This document shows, in pieces, positions 28,186 to 37,875 of a stretch of DNA of 64,000 nucleotides. The DNA is from a virus. How positions within the stretch are numbered: position 1 is the stretch's first letter; the number at the start of each line of letters is the position of its first letter. The notes under the pieces are model-generated. The model did not search any database, was not told the origin of the DNA, and was given only the letters and a program-made list of their open reading frames with translations. The stretch spans positions 5,073 through 69,072 of IMG/VR virus record IMGVR_UViG_3300036770_005874; one strand, given 5' to 3'. Made by a program: the position numbers and the translations under genes.

Positions 28186-28656
28186 ATGGCTAAGCGAACC
28201 CTCAAGCAGTTCGGCAAGCGCCAGTTCGGCGGTGCCGCAGGTTGCTACGGCAACACCACCACCCTGCATTTCAAACTCACCACCAACGCCTCCGGCGGCG
28301 CGCTGGATGCGGACGACAGCACTGCTCTGGCGATCGCGGATGTGGTCGACCTGGGCCCGCTGCCGGAAGGCATGCGCCTGGATGACCTCAGCGCGATTGT
28401 CTCCGTGGGCATGACCGCCTCGGTGACTGGCTCGCTCGGCTTCGCCTATGCCGACGGCGTGGACGACGCGGGCGTGCCACAGGATGCCGCCTACTTCGGT
28501 GCCGGCCTAAACCTGGCCACTGCCGCGCGATTGCGCGCCAACGCCAGCAAGGCTCTGGTCGTGTTGCCGAAGCCGGCGCGTTTGATCCTCACCATCGCTG
28601 GCGCGAACAACGCCAAGGCCAGCGCCATCGACGTGCTGGTGACCGGCGAGCTGTAG
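28186..28656 (+). CDS. Putative capsid decoration protein
   Basis: Follows major capsid gene; small and beta-rich. Confidence 0.6.
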   Translation: MAKRTLKQFGKRQFGGAAGCYGNTTTLHFKLTTNASGGALDADDSTALAIADVVDLGPLPEGMRLDDLSAIVSVGMTASVTGSLGFAYADGVDDAGVPQDAAYFGAGLNLATAARLRANASKALVVLPKPARLILTIAGANNAKASAIDVLVTGEL

Positions 28657-28728
28657 GGCGATCGCTAAGGTCGCCATTCGGGAGGGCCTTCTGGCCCTTC
28701 CATCTTTTCGCAGGAGCAGGACACCGAC

Positions 28729-29607
28729 ATGAAGATTCTCGTCATCGCGCAGGTTGCGCATGCCATCAACGCCGCATACTGCCTGTCGCTCGGCGACACC
28801 TCCGTTCCGGCCTGGGAGGATGCGGGCGAGCAGCATCAGCTGAGCATCCAGGCTGGTGTGCAGATGCACTTGGATAATCCCGATGCCACTCCCGAGGACT
28901 CGCACGCCGCCTGGCTGGCGGACAAGGTCGCCCAGGGCTGGGTCTACGGTGAGGCCAAGGACACCGAGGCCAAGACCCACCCTTGTTGCCGTCCCTACGA
29001 GGAGCTGCCGCCCGAGCAGAAGTCGAAGGACTACCTCTTCCGCGCTGTGGTGCACGCACTCAAGGGCATCCCCGACGCCGAGGAGGAGGTCGCTGCGGCC
29101 CTGGCCAACCTGACGGTTACACCTGCTGCCCGGGAGCAAGTCGCAGGTCCGGCGCCTGTGGGAGTCATCCCCGCCGGGCAGATCCCGGTCGAGTACATCG
29201 GCCGCCGCCCGACTTATACCGATCACCTCTACGGCACTGGCCTGGTGTTCGAGAAGGGCCAGGTGCGCAACCTGCCGAGCGAGCTGGCTCGCAAGTTTCT
29301 GCGCCACGGCGATCAGTTTGCGGAAAACGTGGCGCGCGAAGGCGAGCAGCAGATCGTGCAAGCCTCGGCAGCGCCTGACCAGGACGACACTGCTGCCAAG
29401 CTGGCGGAGGCTCAGAAGCTGCAGGAACTGGAGCGCGACAAGGAGAGCCAGCTACAGGACCTGAAGGTCCAGGTCAACGCCATGACCAAGACCGCGCTCG
29501 GCCAGTATGCCCTGACCAACTATCAGCAGAAGCTGGACCAGAGCAAGACTGTGGCCGAGCTGCGCGCTCAGGTCATCGGCATGATTGACCAGTTCGGCCC
29601 GGTGTAA
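28729..29607 (+). CDS. RyR-domain-containing protein
   Basis: HAAW...GWVYGEAKD...THPCCRPYEELPPEQKSKD. Confidence 0.8.
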   Translation: MKILVIAQVAHAINAAYCLSLGDTSVPAWEDAGEQHQLSIQAGVQMHLDNPDATPEDSHAAWLADKVAQGWVYGEAKDTEAKTHPCCRPYEELPPEQKSKDYLFRAVVHALKGIPDAEEEVAAALANLTVTPAAREQVAGPAPVGVIPAGQIPVEYIGRRPTYTDHLYGTGLVFEKGQVRNLPSELARKFLRHGDQFAENVAREGEQQIVQASAAPDQDDTAAKLAEAQKLQELERDKESQLQDLKVQVNAMTKTALGQYALTNYQQKLDQSKTVAELRAQVIGMIDQFGPV

Positions 29608-29610
29608 GCG

Positions 29611-30282
29611 ATGCTGCAGGAGGAGCTGGAAAAGGACTTTCGGGCCACCGCCCAGGACAAGGTCGGCCCGGAGTTCTTGTTTGACCGGGCAGATGTGGCT
29701 CGCTGGCTTATTGAGGCGGAGCAGGAGGCGTGCATTCGTGGTCGCCTGCTGCACGACTCGTCGACGCCAGCGGTTTGCGAGATTCCTGTCGTAGCCGGCG
29801 TCTCCAGTTACCCCCTGCATGCTGCGCTGTACGAGATCGATCATCTGGGCTTGAAACTGAGCGGCGCCACGGATCGGCGCCGAGTCCAGCTGGTATCCAA
29901 GGAATGGCTCGACGAGCACCTCAACGGGTGGCGCGACCGCTCCGGTACCCCGGAGTATGCAATTCAAGGCGATACCTCTCTTCGCCTGGTGCCGAGGCCT
30001 GATGCTGCGGCGACCCTGCTGCTGGAGGGCTACCGGCTGCCCATCCGAGGTCTGACGGCTGACGCCAAGTCCAAGCCCGAGATCTTCCAGGCCCACCACC
30101 GGCACCTGGTGAACTGGGCCCTGTACCGCGCCTTCAGTCAGCCGGATTCCGAAACGATGGACCTCGGCCGGGCTGGCGATGCTGAGGCAGCATTCACCGC
30201 CTACTTCGGCCCGCGCCCCGACAGCGACCTTCGACGCCTCACCCAGGAAGATGGGCAGCACCATAACCAAGCCTGGATCTGA
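29611..30282 (+). CDS. Putative head-tail adaptor
   Basis: Position; LVNWALYRAFS motif. Confidence 0.65.
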   Translation: MLQEELEKDFRATAQDKVGPEFLFDRADVARWLIEAEQEACIRGRLLHDSSTPAVCEIPVVAGVSSYPLHAALYEIDHLGLKLSGATDRRRVQLVSKEWLDEHLNGWRDRSGTPEYAIQGDTSLRLVPRPDAAATLLLEGYRLPIRGLTADAKSKPEIFQAHHRHLVNWALYRAFSQPDSETMDLGRAGDAEAAFTAYFGPRPDSDLRRLTQEDGQHHNQAWI

Positions 30283-30324
30283 CCCCCTGTAGGGTTCGTC
30301 GCATCCGCCTGCTGTTCATAGCAT
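30282..30324 (+). promoter_or_regulatory. Late-promoter motif copy 4 (lysis)
   Basis: ACCCCCTGTAGGGTT-22bp-TAGCAT. Confidence 0.8.
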
Positions 30325-30359
30325 CCCGTCATCGCAACCAGCCGGCACGGGAGAGCGGC

Positions 30360-30614
30360 ATGGCACAGCAGGTCAATGAGGGCGTGGTCGACGCTCTAGT
30401 CGTTTCGGTTACCAACAAGGGAATGGTCGGCGGTGCGATTGCTGGCTTGTATGGCTATCTGGTGCAGATCAACTGGCTTGGCCTCGGCGGCTTTCTGATT
30501 GCTCTGATCGGCCTGGCGGCCAATATCTACTTCCAGCACCGCCGCGATAAGCGCGAAGCCGCAGAAAGCCTGGCTCGCATCGCTGCGCTGCGTGACCAGT
30601 GCGAAACGCCATGA
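30360..30614 (+). CDS. Holin
   Basis: Small 2-TM protein with basic tail directly before endolysin. Confidence 0.8.
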   Translation: MAQQVNEGVVDALVVSVTNKGMVGGAIAGLYGYLVQINWLGLGGFLIALIGLAANIYFQHRRDKREAAESLARIAALRDQCETP

Positions 30615-31132
30615 ACCGCACCCGCACTTGGGTTGGCGCACTCACCATGAGCCTGGCGGCATTTGCGACATGGCAGGCGTCGGAAGGCTTCACACCTGTG
30701 CCGATGATCCCGACCCAGGGCGACGTGCCTACCATCGGCTACGGCTCGACCCGCTATGAGAGTGGGGCGCCGGTGACCCTGGCTGATCCTCCCATCACCC
30801 GCGAGCGCGCCGAGCAGCTTGCTCGATCGCTGCATGAGGAAGAGGAGCAGCGCTTTCGGGCATCGTTGCCCGGGGTGAAGCTCTTCCAGGAGGAGTACGA
30901 CCTCTATCTCGACTTCACCGGCCAGTACGGCATCGCCAACTGGCGCAAGTCCTCCATGCGACGACTCCTGCTCTCCGGCCAATACGGCCAGGCCTGCGAT
31001 GCCTTGCTGCAATGGCGCAAGGCTGGCGGCTACGACTGCGCAACGCTGGTGAACGGCCGGCCGAACAACCGCTGCTGGGGTGTGTGGACGCGCCAGCTTG
31101 AGCGCCATGCAAAGTGCTGGAGCGTGCAATGA
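30611..31132 (+). CDS. Endolysin (GH24 lysozyme, SAR-like)
   Basis: SEG...GDVPTIGYGST catalytic motif; hydrophobic N-terminus. Confidence 0.9.
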   Translation: MNRTRTWVGALTMSLAAFATWQASEGFTPVPMIPTQGDVPTIGYGSTRYESGAPVTLADPPITRERAEQLARSLHEEEEQRFRASLPGVKLFQEEYDLYLDFTGQYGIANWRKSSMRRLLLSGQYGQACDALLQWRKAGGYDCATLVNGRPNNRCWGVWTRQLERHAKCWSVQ

Positions 31133-31614
31133 CCAGAGCCCTGCTGATCATCTTGGCTGCCATGGGCCTGCTGCTCGGCGCTGTGCTGTGGCGCCTCGAT
31201 CACGTCACCAGCGAGCGTGACGACGCGGTGACTCTGAGTGACACAGCGTTGAAGTCGGTTGCGTCACTGCGCGCCACCATGCGCCTGCAGCGCGAGCTTG
31301 CCCAGGACCAAGCAGCCATCGAAACAACCTACCTCGAGGAGAAGCAACGTGCCGAGGACTATGCCGAAAGCCTGCGCCGCTGCCTTGCTGATGGCACTTG
31401 CGGGCTGCGTGTCGCCGCCACCTGCATGCGAGTGGGTGCAGCCGGGACCGCTGCCGGAGAGCCTGATGCAGGAGCCCCAGAACTTACAGCCGCTGCTCGA
31501 CGAGCTTATCCAGCCCTCGTTGCCGGCCTCCGGCAGCAGCGAACCCAAATAGTCGGCCTGCAGGCCGAACTCACATCCCTGCACCGCGTGTGCAACATAG
31601 GAGCTACTCCATGA
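31129..31614 (+). CDS. i-spanin (Rz)
   Basis: N-terminal TM, coiled coil, LRVAATC. Confidence 0.85.
   Translation: MTRALLIILAAMGLLLGAVLWRLDHVTSERDDAVTLSDTALKSVASLRATMRLQRELAQDQAAIETTYLEEKQRAEDYAESLRRCLADGTCGLRVAATCMRVGAAGTAAGEPDAGAPELTAAARRAYPALVAGLRQQRTQIVGLQAELTSLHRVCNIGATP
31361..31552 (+). CDS. o-spanin (Rz1), embedded in Rz
   Basis: GAGGA RBS, lipobox LAGC, proline-rich. Confidence 0.8.
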   Translation: MPKACAAALLMALAGCVSPPPACEWVQPGPLPESLMQEPQNLQPLLDELIQPSLPASGSSEPK

Positions 31615-31988
31615 GCGACAAAGATATCGAGCAGGAAATCCTAGCCAAGGGCCTTACCGCGCCGCGCATCACTCTGGCGGACCTTCAGGGGAACATCGCC
31701 AGCGAGCAATACTTCACTGCGGCTCAAGGCGTGCATGGAGCAACGAAGGGGAAGATCAGCTACGCGAGTGACCATGCGCTCAGTTGCCTGACCTTCTGCG
31801 TTCTGGTGCTGCGCAACGGCTTCACCGTGACCGGCGAGAGCGCCTGTGCCAGCCCGGAGAACTTCGACGCCGAGTTGGGTCGCAAGATCGCCCGCGAGAA
31901 TGCTGTCAGCAAGATCTGGCCGCTGATGGGTTACGAGCTGCGCTGTCGCCTGCATCGCGAGGCTGGTCAAGGCGTCGCGGGTAGCTGA
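31611..31988 (+). CDS. N4 Gp49/Sf6 gp66 family protein
   Basis: LTFCVLVLRNGFTVTGESACASPENFDAELGRKIA...IWPLMGY. Confidence 0.85.
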   Translation: MSDKDIEQEILAKGLTAPRITLADLQGNIASEQYFTAAQGVHGATKGKISYASDHALSCLTFCVLVLRNGFTVTGESACASPENFDAELGRKIARENAVSKIWPLMGYELRCRLHREAGQGVAGS

Positions 31989-31998
31989 GGAGCAGTCC

Positions 31999-32625
31999 AT
32001 GGGCGCCGTGCAGCAGGATCTTGAGATCACCCAGGGCAAGACCTTCGAGGCCGCCTTCGGCTGGGCCCAGGGCAAGTTCGTGTGGAAGGCGATCACCGGA
32101 GTCAGCCAGGCGGCGCCGCTGCAGCTGACGGCGGTTGGCCACGACCTGAAGGACGGCTGGCCGTACTGGATCAGCGACCTGAAGGAGCCGGCCTGCCTGA
32201 ACAACGTGCGCAACGGCTGCGAGGGTGAGCCCGACGAGCTGGGTGAGCCTTACCTGGCCGAGGTGGTGGACGCCGATACCCTGGCGATCAACCACCTCAA
32301 CGGCGCGCGCTTCAAGGCCTATGCCAGTGGCGGCGCCATTCGCTACTACACCCGCGAGGACATCACCGACTACACCGCGCTGCTGCAGGTCCGCCGCAGC
32401 GAGCAGGATGAGACGGTGCTGTTCGAGGCCAGCAGCGAGGGCCTGGACCCGATGATCGCTGTCGACGAGGACGGGGCGACCTTCTACCTGACCATCCCGG
32501 CCGGTGCTTTCGACGAGGCTGCCTTCACCAGTGGCGTCTACGAGATCGAGATCGCTTCAGCGGACGGGAAGCGGTACCAGCTGGCCTACGGCGCCTTCAC
32601 CATCTCACGGGACCGGGTGCGATGA
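31999..32625 (+). CDS. Virion-associated hypothetical protein
   Basis: DLEITQG.TF and GVYEIEI; tail region. Confidence 0.65.
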   Translation: MGAVQQDLEITQGKTFEAAFGWAQGKFVWKAITGVSQAAPLQLTAVGHDLKDGWPYWISDLKEPACLNNVRNGCEGEPDELGEPYLAEVVDADTLAINHLNGARFKAYASGGAIRYYTREDITDYTALLQVRRSEQDETVLFEASSEGLDPMIAVDEDGATFYLTIPAGAFDEAAFTSGVYEIEIASADGKRYQLAYGAFTISRDRVR

Positions 32626-32912
32626 CCGCTGTGGCCGTCAGCAGTCGCCGGCCGTTGCATGTTGCCGTGCACCGCGGCGCTGCTCTGGCTGTCGGTACCG
32701 GCGACGAGCCTGTCGCGCTGGCCGGCGGGGAGGGCATCGAGCAGGCCCTGGCCCTTGCCGACCAGGCGCCGCGAGCGATCGCCCTGCAGGCGCGGGAGCG
32801 CTTCGGCATCTCCTTCCGTGGTCAGCAGCTGTTCACCGCCATAGGCGCCGTTGCGGGCCGACCTGGGCCGCCCGGCGAGGGTGCTGCCGCCTGGCAGCAA
32901 AAAGACTGGTAA
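32622..32912 (+). CDS. Hypothetical protein
   Basis: ATGA overlap; GRPGPPG, ends in W. Confidence 0.6.
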   Translation: MTAVAVSSRRPLHVAVHRGAALAVGTGDEPVALAGGEGIEQALALADQAPRAIALQARERFGISFRGQQLFTAIGAVAGRPGPPGEGAAAWQQKDW

Positions 32913-32934
32913 CTCACTACAGCAGGAACCCGCT

Positions 32935-33501
32935 ATGGCCCTGGTCAAATTCTTCAAGGTCACCTCGTTGCCTGGCACGCTGGAGCCGGACAGCCTCTAT
33001 TTCGTCCTCAACTCGGGGTACACCGAGTCCTACCTGACCAACGCCGCCGGCGAGGCCAAGGCGATCGGCAACAGCGCAATGATCAATGCGCTAATCGCCG
33101 ATGCGCTGAGCAGCCTGCCGTCCTCGGGCGCGCCAGTGCTGTATGCCGCCGATATCGACGCACGCGATGCCCTGGAGCCCAGCCTGACGCAGGCGGTGTT
33201 CGTGCTGGTGGCTGACGCTAGCGCTGACCCGACCGTTAATGCCGGCGCCGCCATGTACGCCTGGAACCCCTCGGCCAGCGCCTGGATCAAGGTGGCTGAG
33301 TACGAGTCGATGGACGTGACGCTGACCTGGGCATCGATTGTCGGCGGTCCCAGCTCGACACCGGCACAGATCGATAGCGCCGTTTCGGCATCGCACACGC
33401 ACGCCAACAAGGCGACGCTGGACAAGTTCGGAGAGGCAGGCGGTCTCCTTCGATTCAATGGCAGTCCGATCCCGGCAGAATGGGACGGCGCGACCTGGTG
33501 A
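32935..33501 (+). CDS. Tail-fibre-associated protein
   Basis: AGGA RBS; N-terminus paralogous to tail fibre. Confidence 0.65.
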   Translation: MALVKFFKVTSLPGTLEPDSLYFVLNSGYTESYLTNAAGEAKAIGNSAMINALIADALSSLPSSGAPVLYAADIDARDALEPSLTQAVFVLVADASADPTVNAGAAMYAWNPSASAWIKVAEYESMDVTLTWASIVGGPSSTPAQIDSAVSASHTHANKATLDKFGEAGGLLRFNGSPIPAEWDGATW

Positions 33502-33505
33502 CCCC

Positions 33506-34852
33506 ATGGCGACGATCAAGCATTACAAGGTGGTCGCCGCACTGCCATCCACCCTTGTGGCCGATTCGATCTACCTGGTGCGCGTGGGCACGGGCTTCGA
33601 CCTGTATGTGACCAACAGCTCCGGCACCATCGTGGCCTACCCGGCCAACTATCAGCAGGGCTCGGCGAACCTGAGCGCGCTGTCGGGTCTGACCGGGGCT
33701 GCCAACAAGGCATCGTACTTCACCGCTGCGGGGGCCATGGCGGTCTACGACCTGACGGTTTTTGGTCGTTCGTTCGCGGCGGCGGCGGACGCTGCCGCTG
33801 GTCGGACGGTGTTGGGGTTGGGGACGGCTGCTGTTCGCAACACCGGGACCAGCGGCGCCAACGTACCGCTACTATCCACTGGGAATACTTGGTCTGTCAG
33901 CCAGACGATCAACTCTGGCGGGGCTGGATATGTCGGGCTCCAGCTGGTAAGGGCAGACCAGGGGGTAGTGGGTGAGACGGACACTGCTCTGATAGACATC
34001 CAGACCAGCACAGGCGCTACTCGACTGCTGCAGGTCAGCGGGCCGGGCGGTGCAACGCAACGATGGATTTCAATTCCGCGAGGCGGCGCGGCACCGCTGT
34101 ACCACGATGGCAGTGGTAACAGGGAGATATGGCACAGCGGCAATCTAGTAAAGCAGTCTAGCAACGTAGACGTCACTTCCGGCAGCGTGATGTTGGCCGG
34201 AGCCGGTGGCTGGCTGGGCCCAGCCCCGTTGTTACCCTCTAACGACTACAACAACGGGGCGGATTATTCCGGTATCGTCAGGAACGATAACAGCGCTGCT
34301 GCAGTAAACTACCCGCCTCAAATCGCTTCCAATGCCCCAATGGCTGCGCTCAACGTGCGCTTCAGCACCGGATACGGGTGGCAGCTCGGTGTGCAGACTG
34401 CTGGCGCGGCCCCGAACGATGCCAACACAAGAGCTTTTCTGCGCACAGAGGTCAACACCGCCTGGAGTAGCTGGCTAGAGCTTTGGCATTCGGGGAACTT
34501 GGACAACACCGAAAGCGGCTGGCTGACCCCAACCTTGGTGAATAGCTATACCCATGGCACCGATCCGGTTCGCTATCGCCGGGTTGGAAAGTTCGTAGTT
34601 GCGACCTGCACTTTGCGGAGATCCTCACCCCCCGAGGCGCTGCAGACGATCTGTACTCTGCCTACTGGGTACCGGCCTACTAAGCAGCACACGGTCGCGG
34701 TGCTCTGGATAAGCGATAACCTGGCCTTGCAAGCGACGAACGTAGCGATAGGTACGGACGGCGCAATCGTTACAGGGCTTATTTACAGCCTTCTCGGCAC
34801 TCCGAGCGGAGCGGGCGGGGCTTCATTCACGCTGATATTCCCGGTGGGATGA
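33506..34852 (+). CDS. Tail fibre protein
   Basis: GRTVLGLGTAA, two E(I/L)WHSGNL repeats, TLPTGYRP. Confidence 0.85.
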   Translation: MATIKHYKVVAALPSTLVADSIYLVRVGTGFDLYVTNSSGTIVAYPANYQQGSANLSALSGLTGAANKASYFTAAGAMAVYDLTVFGRSFAAAADAAAGRTVLGLGTAAVRNTGTSGANVPLLSTGNTWSVSQTINSGGAGYVGLQLVRADQGVVGETDTALIDIQTSTGATRLLQVSGPGGATQRWISIPRGGAAPLYHDGSGNREIWHSGNLVKQSSNVDVTSGSVMLAGAGGWLGPAPLLPSNDYNNGADYSGIVRNDNSAAAVNYPPQIASNAPMAALNVRFSTGYGWQLGVQTAGAAPNDANTRAFLRTEVNTAWSSWLELWHSGNLDNTESGWLTPTLVNSYTHGTDPVRYRRVGKFVVATCTLRRSSPPEALQTICTLPTGYRPTKQHTVAVLWISDNLALQATNVAIGTDGAIVTGLIYSLLGTPSGAGGASFTLIFPVG

Positions 34853-35352
34853 CCATGTACGGCTACGAGCTAGATAGTCAGGGTTTTTTCATCTGCGATA
34901 TACCAACCGAGGCTGGAGTAGCAGGGGCTCAGTGGTGGACCCGCGATCCTGTGCTACAGCCTGCTAATAGGCCGCAGTATGTCGGTGGGCAAGACGTCGG
35001 CGGTACGGGCGAGCAGACCGGCGGCGCTTGGGTGGACGCAGAGGCCGTGAGTGCCGAAGAGCAGGCTCGGCAGCTGTTCAACACCCAGCAGCTAAGGCTG
35101 ACCGCAGTCATCCAGCGCCGGCTCGACGAAATCGCGGCTGAGCGGGGCTACGACAGCATCCTCAGTCTGTGCAGCTACGCCACCTCAAGCGTACCGAGGT
35201 TCCGTGCCGAGGGTCAGGCTGGCGTCGATCTCCGAGACCGGTGCTGGATGATCGGCTATCAGGTGCTCGCGGACGTGGCCCAGGGGCTGCGCGACTTTCC
35301 TTCCGACGATGAGGCCCTGGCGATGATGCCGGCCATGGATTGGCCGGAGTAG
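34849..35352 (+). CDS. Putative tail fibre assembly/chaperone protein
   Basis: RGYDSILSLCSYATS...RDRCW, terminal WPE. Confidence 0.7.
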   Translation: MTMYGYELDSQGFFICDIPTEAGVAGAQWWTRDPVLQPANRPQYVGGQDVGGTGEQTGGAWVDAEAVSAEEQARQLFNTQQLRLTAVIQRRLDEIAAERGYDSILSLCSYATSSVPRFRAEGQAGVDLRDRCWMIGYQVLADVAQGLRDFPSDDEALAMMPAMDWPE

Positions 35353-35412
35353 GCTTGGAGTTTTCATCGCCGCGATGACATTCCGGCCTGATCATCAGCT
35401 GGGTCTACAGTT

Positions 35413-35640
35413 CTAGGTCGCTGTCAATTCTGTGTCTGCCATAGACGAGTGCTGCTCCGGGCGCGAAGCGGTGAGCGCCCTAGGGGCTGTAATGTCGAGC
35501 TGTGCCCGTGTGGCGGAGGATTGGGTCACCTTGATCCTAAGACCGCTTTGCAGCTGATCCCATAGCTCCTGCGGCGTAGTCCCTGGTGTGATTTCAAGCA
35601 GAACCGTCTCACCAACTTTGCGCGTAACCGTCAGTCCCAT
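35413..35640 (-). CDS. RsmN/RsmF-like CsrA-family protein
   Basis: LTVTRKVGE, inserted helix, LRIKV...AQLDITAPR; AAGGAGG RBS. Confidence 0.75.
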   Translation of the reverse strand: MGLTVTRKVGETVLLEITPGTTPQELWDQLQSGLRIKVTQSSATRAQLDITAPRALTASRPEQHSSMADTELTAT

Positions 35641-35708
35641 GTTTGCCTCCTTGCGAAATGAGTCATCTGACAGTAGCAGAGTATTTGTTGTATGTGTTTG
35701 GTTTTTAA

Positions 35709-36050
35709 TTAGTATTCGACCATTTGAGCTAATCCGAAAATATCTGCAAGATCACCTAGTTTGTTTAAATGGAGCAGTTCAATCAAACTGTCCGTAGCAT
35801 CTGTTGTCCCTATTTTGAAGCTGTGATAAGAATTGAACCACTCAATTGCACAGGTTGACGTTAAAAAGGTATTGAGCCGGTCTTCGCAGTTTTGAATATT
35901 GGCGAGCTGGTCAGCAACCTCTGGGAGTTGATAAGTAAGTTGTGCAAGTAAGAATTTGGCGGCATATGGGTTTTGTATCTTTCTGGTTAGGTTTTGCTCT
36001 ATATGCCATTTGAATTTAGAAGCTATGCTGCAGTATCTATGTGTGGGCAT
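35709..36050 (-). CDS. Low-GC hypothetical protein (moron)
   Basis: GGAG 6 nt before ATG at 36050. Confidence 0.5.
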   Translation of the reverse strand: MPTHRYCSIASKFKWHIEQNLTRKIQNPYAAKFLLAQLTYQLPEVADQLANIQNCEDRLNTFLTSTCAIEWFNSYHSFKIGTTDATDSLIELLHLNKLGDLADIFGLAQMVEY

Positions 36051-36086
36051 TAAGTGCTCCAGATATTCAGTTAATAACTCGCAACG

Positions 36087-36129
36087 ACCCCCTGTAGGGT
36101 TGGCCAGCAGCAATTTGCATCACGAAACT
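36087..36129 (+). promoter_or_regulatory. Late-promoter motif copy 5 (tail)
   Basis: ACCCCCTGTAGGGTT-22bp-GAAACT. Confidence 0.8.
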
Positions 36130-36154
36130 CGCCCTATCAAGCAAGGGCGAGAAT

Positions 36155-37363
36155 ATGGATCTTATCCGTCGCGACAATTGGACAGCCGGCGCAAACAATA
36201 TCGCACCGCGTGACCGGCTGCCCGAGGCCTCCGCCAGGGAGCTGGTAAACCTAGACCCCCTGCCGGGCGGGCGTCTCGCATTGCGCGCCGGGTACCAGAA
36301 GCGCCTCACTACCAATGCAGCCCGAGGTCTGCTGGCCCTTGGTCGCAAGGTACTGCTGGCGGACGGAACCGATCTCATCGAGTTCGACACCAACACCAAC
36401 AGCTCCAGGGTGATCCGAACGATCGCCGGCGCCGGCCAGCTGGTGGGAGCAGTCCTGAACGACCGTCTGTACTTCTGCACCGCCAACGAGGCGCTTGAGT
36501 ATGACGGTGAGGAGGTTCGCCCGTGGGGCGTGCCTGATGTCATCCAGCAGCCGGTTGTCAGCAGCGCGGCTGGTGGAACCCTGCTGGAGGGTGACTATCA
36601 GGTGGCCATGACCCTTACCGACCAGTGGGGCCGAGAAGGCGGCACAGGATCGCCAGTGGTCATCAGCGTGCCGGCGTTTGGCTCTCTCACTGTTCAGGTG
36701 CCAAGCCTGCCTTCCGGTTGCACCGCGAACCTCTACGCCAGTGCCGTCAACGGCCAGACCCTATATCTGCAGCGCCGCGTGACTGCTGAAGGCAGCGTTG
36801 AGATTGGAGCGGTCGACGACAGTACCCAGCGTTGCGAAACGGTGCGCGCCTGGGCACCGCCGGTCGGTCATCGGGTCTGCGCGCACAATGGCGTGCTGGC
36901 CATCGCGGTGGGCAACACCGTGCAGATCACCAGGCCCTTGCGCCCGCACCTGATCGACCGGGCGCGCAGCTTCTTCCAGTTTCCGCGCCTTGTCGGCGAC
37001 GTGTTGAGCGCTGCCGGCGCCTTGTTCGTCAGCTCTGATCGTATGTACGCCGTCCGCAGCGTAGAGACCGCCGAGGTCACCCAGGGCGTGGTGCACGAAT
37101 ATCCGGCCATCCCAGGCACCGCCATCCTGCTGCCGGACGGTCGCGGCGCGTGGATGACCCAATACGGACAAGCCATCGCCGGCGCAGACGGCGTGCAGCT
37201 GGTTACCCGCGAGCGCTACCTGCCTGCCGAGGCCGCCAGCGGCGCAGCCGGCGTTCTCGATCACAACGGCACCCAGCTGATTCTGTCCGTACTCCATGGC
37301 CCTCAGGGGGCCGACAACCCACTGGCTTCGGCCGATAGTTACCTTGGTGAGGTTTTTCAATGA
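36155..37363 (+). CDS. Putative tail (nozzle/stabilisation) protein
   Basis: GANN...NLD...RAGY, beta-rich; position. Confidence 0.65.
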   Translation: MDLIRRDNWTAGANNIAPRDRLPEASARELVNLDPLPGGRLALRAGYQKRLTTNAARGLLALGRKVLLADGTDLIEFDTNTNSSRVIRTIAGAGQLVGAVLNDRLYFCTANEALEYDGEEVRPWGVPDVIQQPVVSSAAGGTLLEGDYQVAMTLTDQWGREGGTGSPVVISVPAFGSLTVQVPSLPSGCTANLYASAVNGQTLYLQRRVTAEGSVEIGAVDDSTQRCETVRAWAPPVGHRVCAHNGVLAIAVGNTVQITRPLRPHLIDRARSFFQFPRLVGDVLSAAGALFVSSDRMYAVRSVETAEVTQGVVHEYPAIPGTAILLPDGRGAWMTQYGQAIAGADGVQLVTRERYLPAEAASGAAGVLDHNGTQLILSVLHGPQGADNPLASADSYLGEVFQ

Positions 37364-37863
37364 GCATTCTTGGTCGCGGCTTCACCTTTTACGAAGAGCT
37401 ATTGCTGCCCAGCGGCGAGCTGATCAAAGGTCCGCCCATTCGCAACAAAACCCCGCAGGAGGGTGTGGATTTCCTCGCCGACTTGATCCTGGGTACCGTT
37501 GTTCCGATCAGTTCCTGGTACCTCTTCCTGTTCGAGTCGAACTACGTGCCGACTGGTACCGAGAAGGCTAGCGACCTGCCGGGCGCTATTGGTGAGTGCA
37601 CCGCCTATTCCCAGGCTTCGCGTCCGGCCTTCAGCGGCGTGTACGACGGCATCTCCGTGATCGACAACCTGGCGGCCAAGGGCAAGTTCAACTTCAGCGC
37701 GAACAAGACCATCTATGGCGCCGGCATCGTTTCCAGCGGAACCAAGGCCGGCACCGGTGGGCTGATTATTTCGATCGCACGCTTCCCTTCGCCGCGGGTA
37801 ATTGCCGCCGGCACCGAGTATTCCCTTGGCGCAGCTATCCCGCTGCTTTCAACTGACCTGTAA
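37360..37863 (+). CDS. Virion structural protein
   Basis: Coupled ORF in tail operon. Confidence 0.65.
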   Translation: MSILGRGFTFYEELLLPSGELIKGPPIRNKTPQEGVDFLADLILGTVVPISSWYLFLFESNYVPTGTEKASDLPGAIGECTAYSQASRPAFSGVYDGISVIDNLAAKGKFNFSANKTIYGAGIVSSGTKAGTGGLIISIARFPSPRVIAAGTEYSLGAAIPLLSTDL

Positions 37864-37875
37864 GGAGTCATCATC

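Noticed and set aside
28651-28660. Partial motif matches CTGTAGGG (28651) and CCTGTAGG (9943)
   Set aside because: They lack the C-run and GTT end; probably chance matches
33506-34852. Diversity-generating retroelement or invertible tail-fibre cassette
   Set aside because: No reverse transcriptase, template repeat or invertase seen
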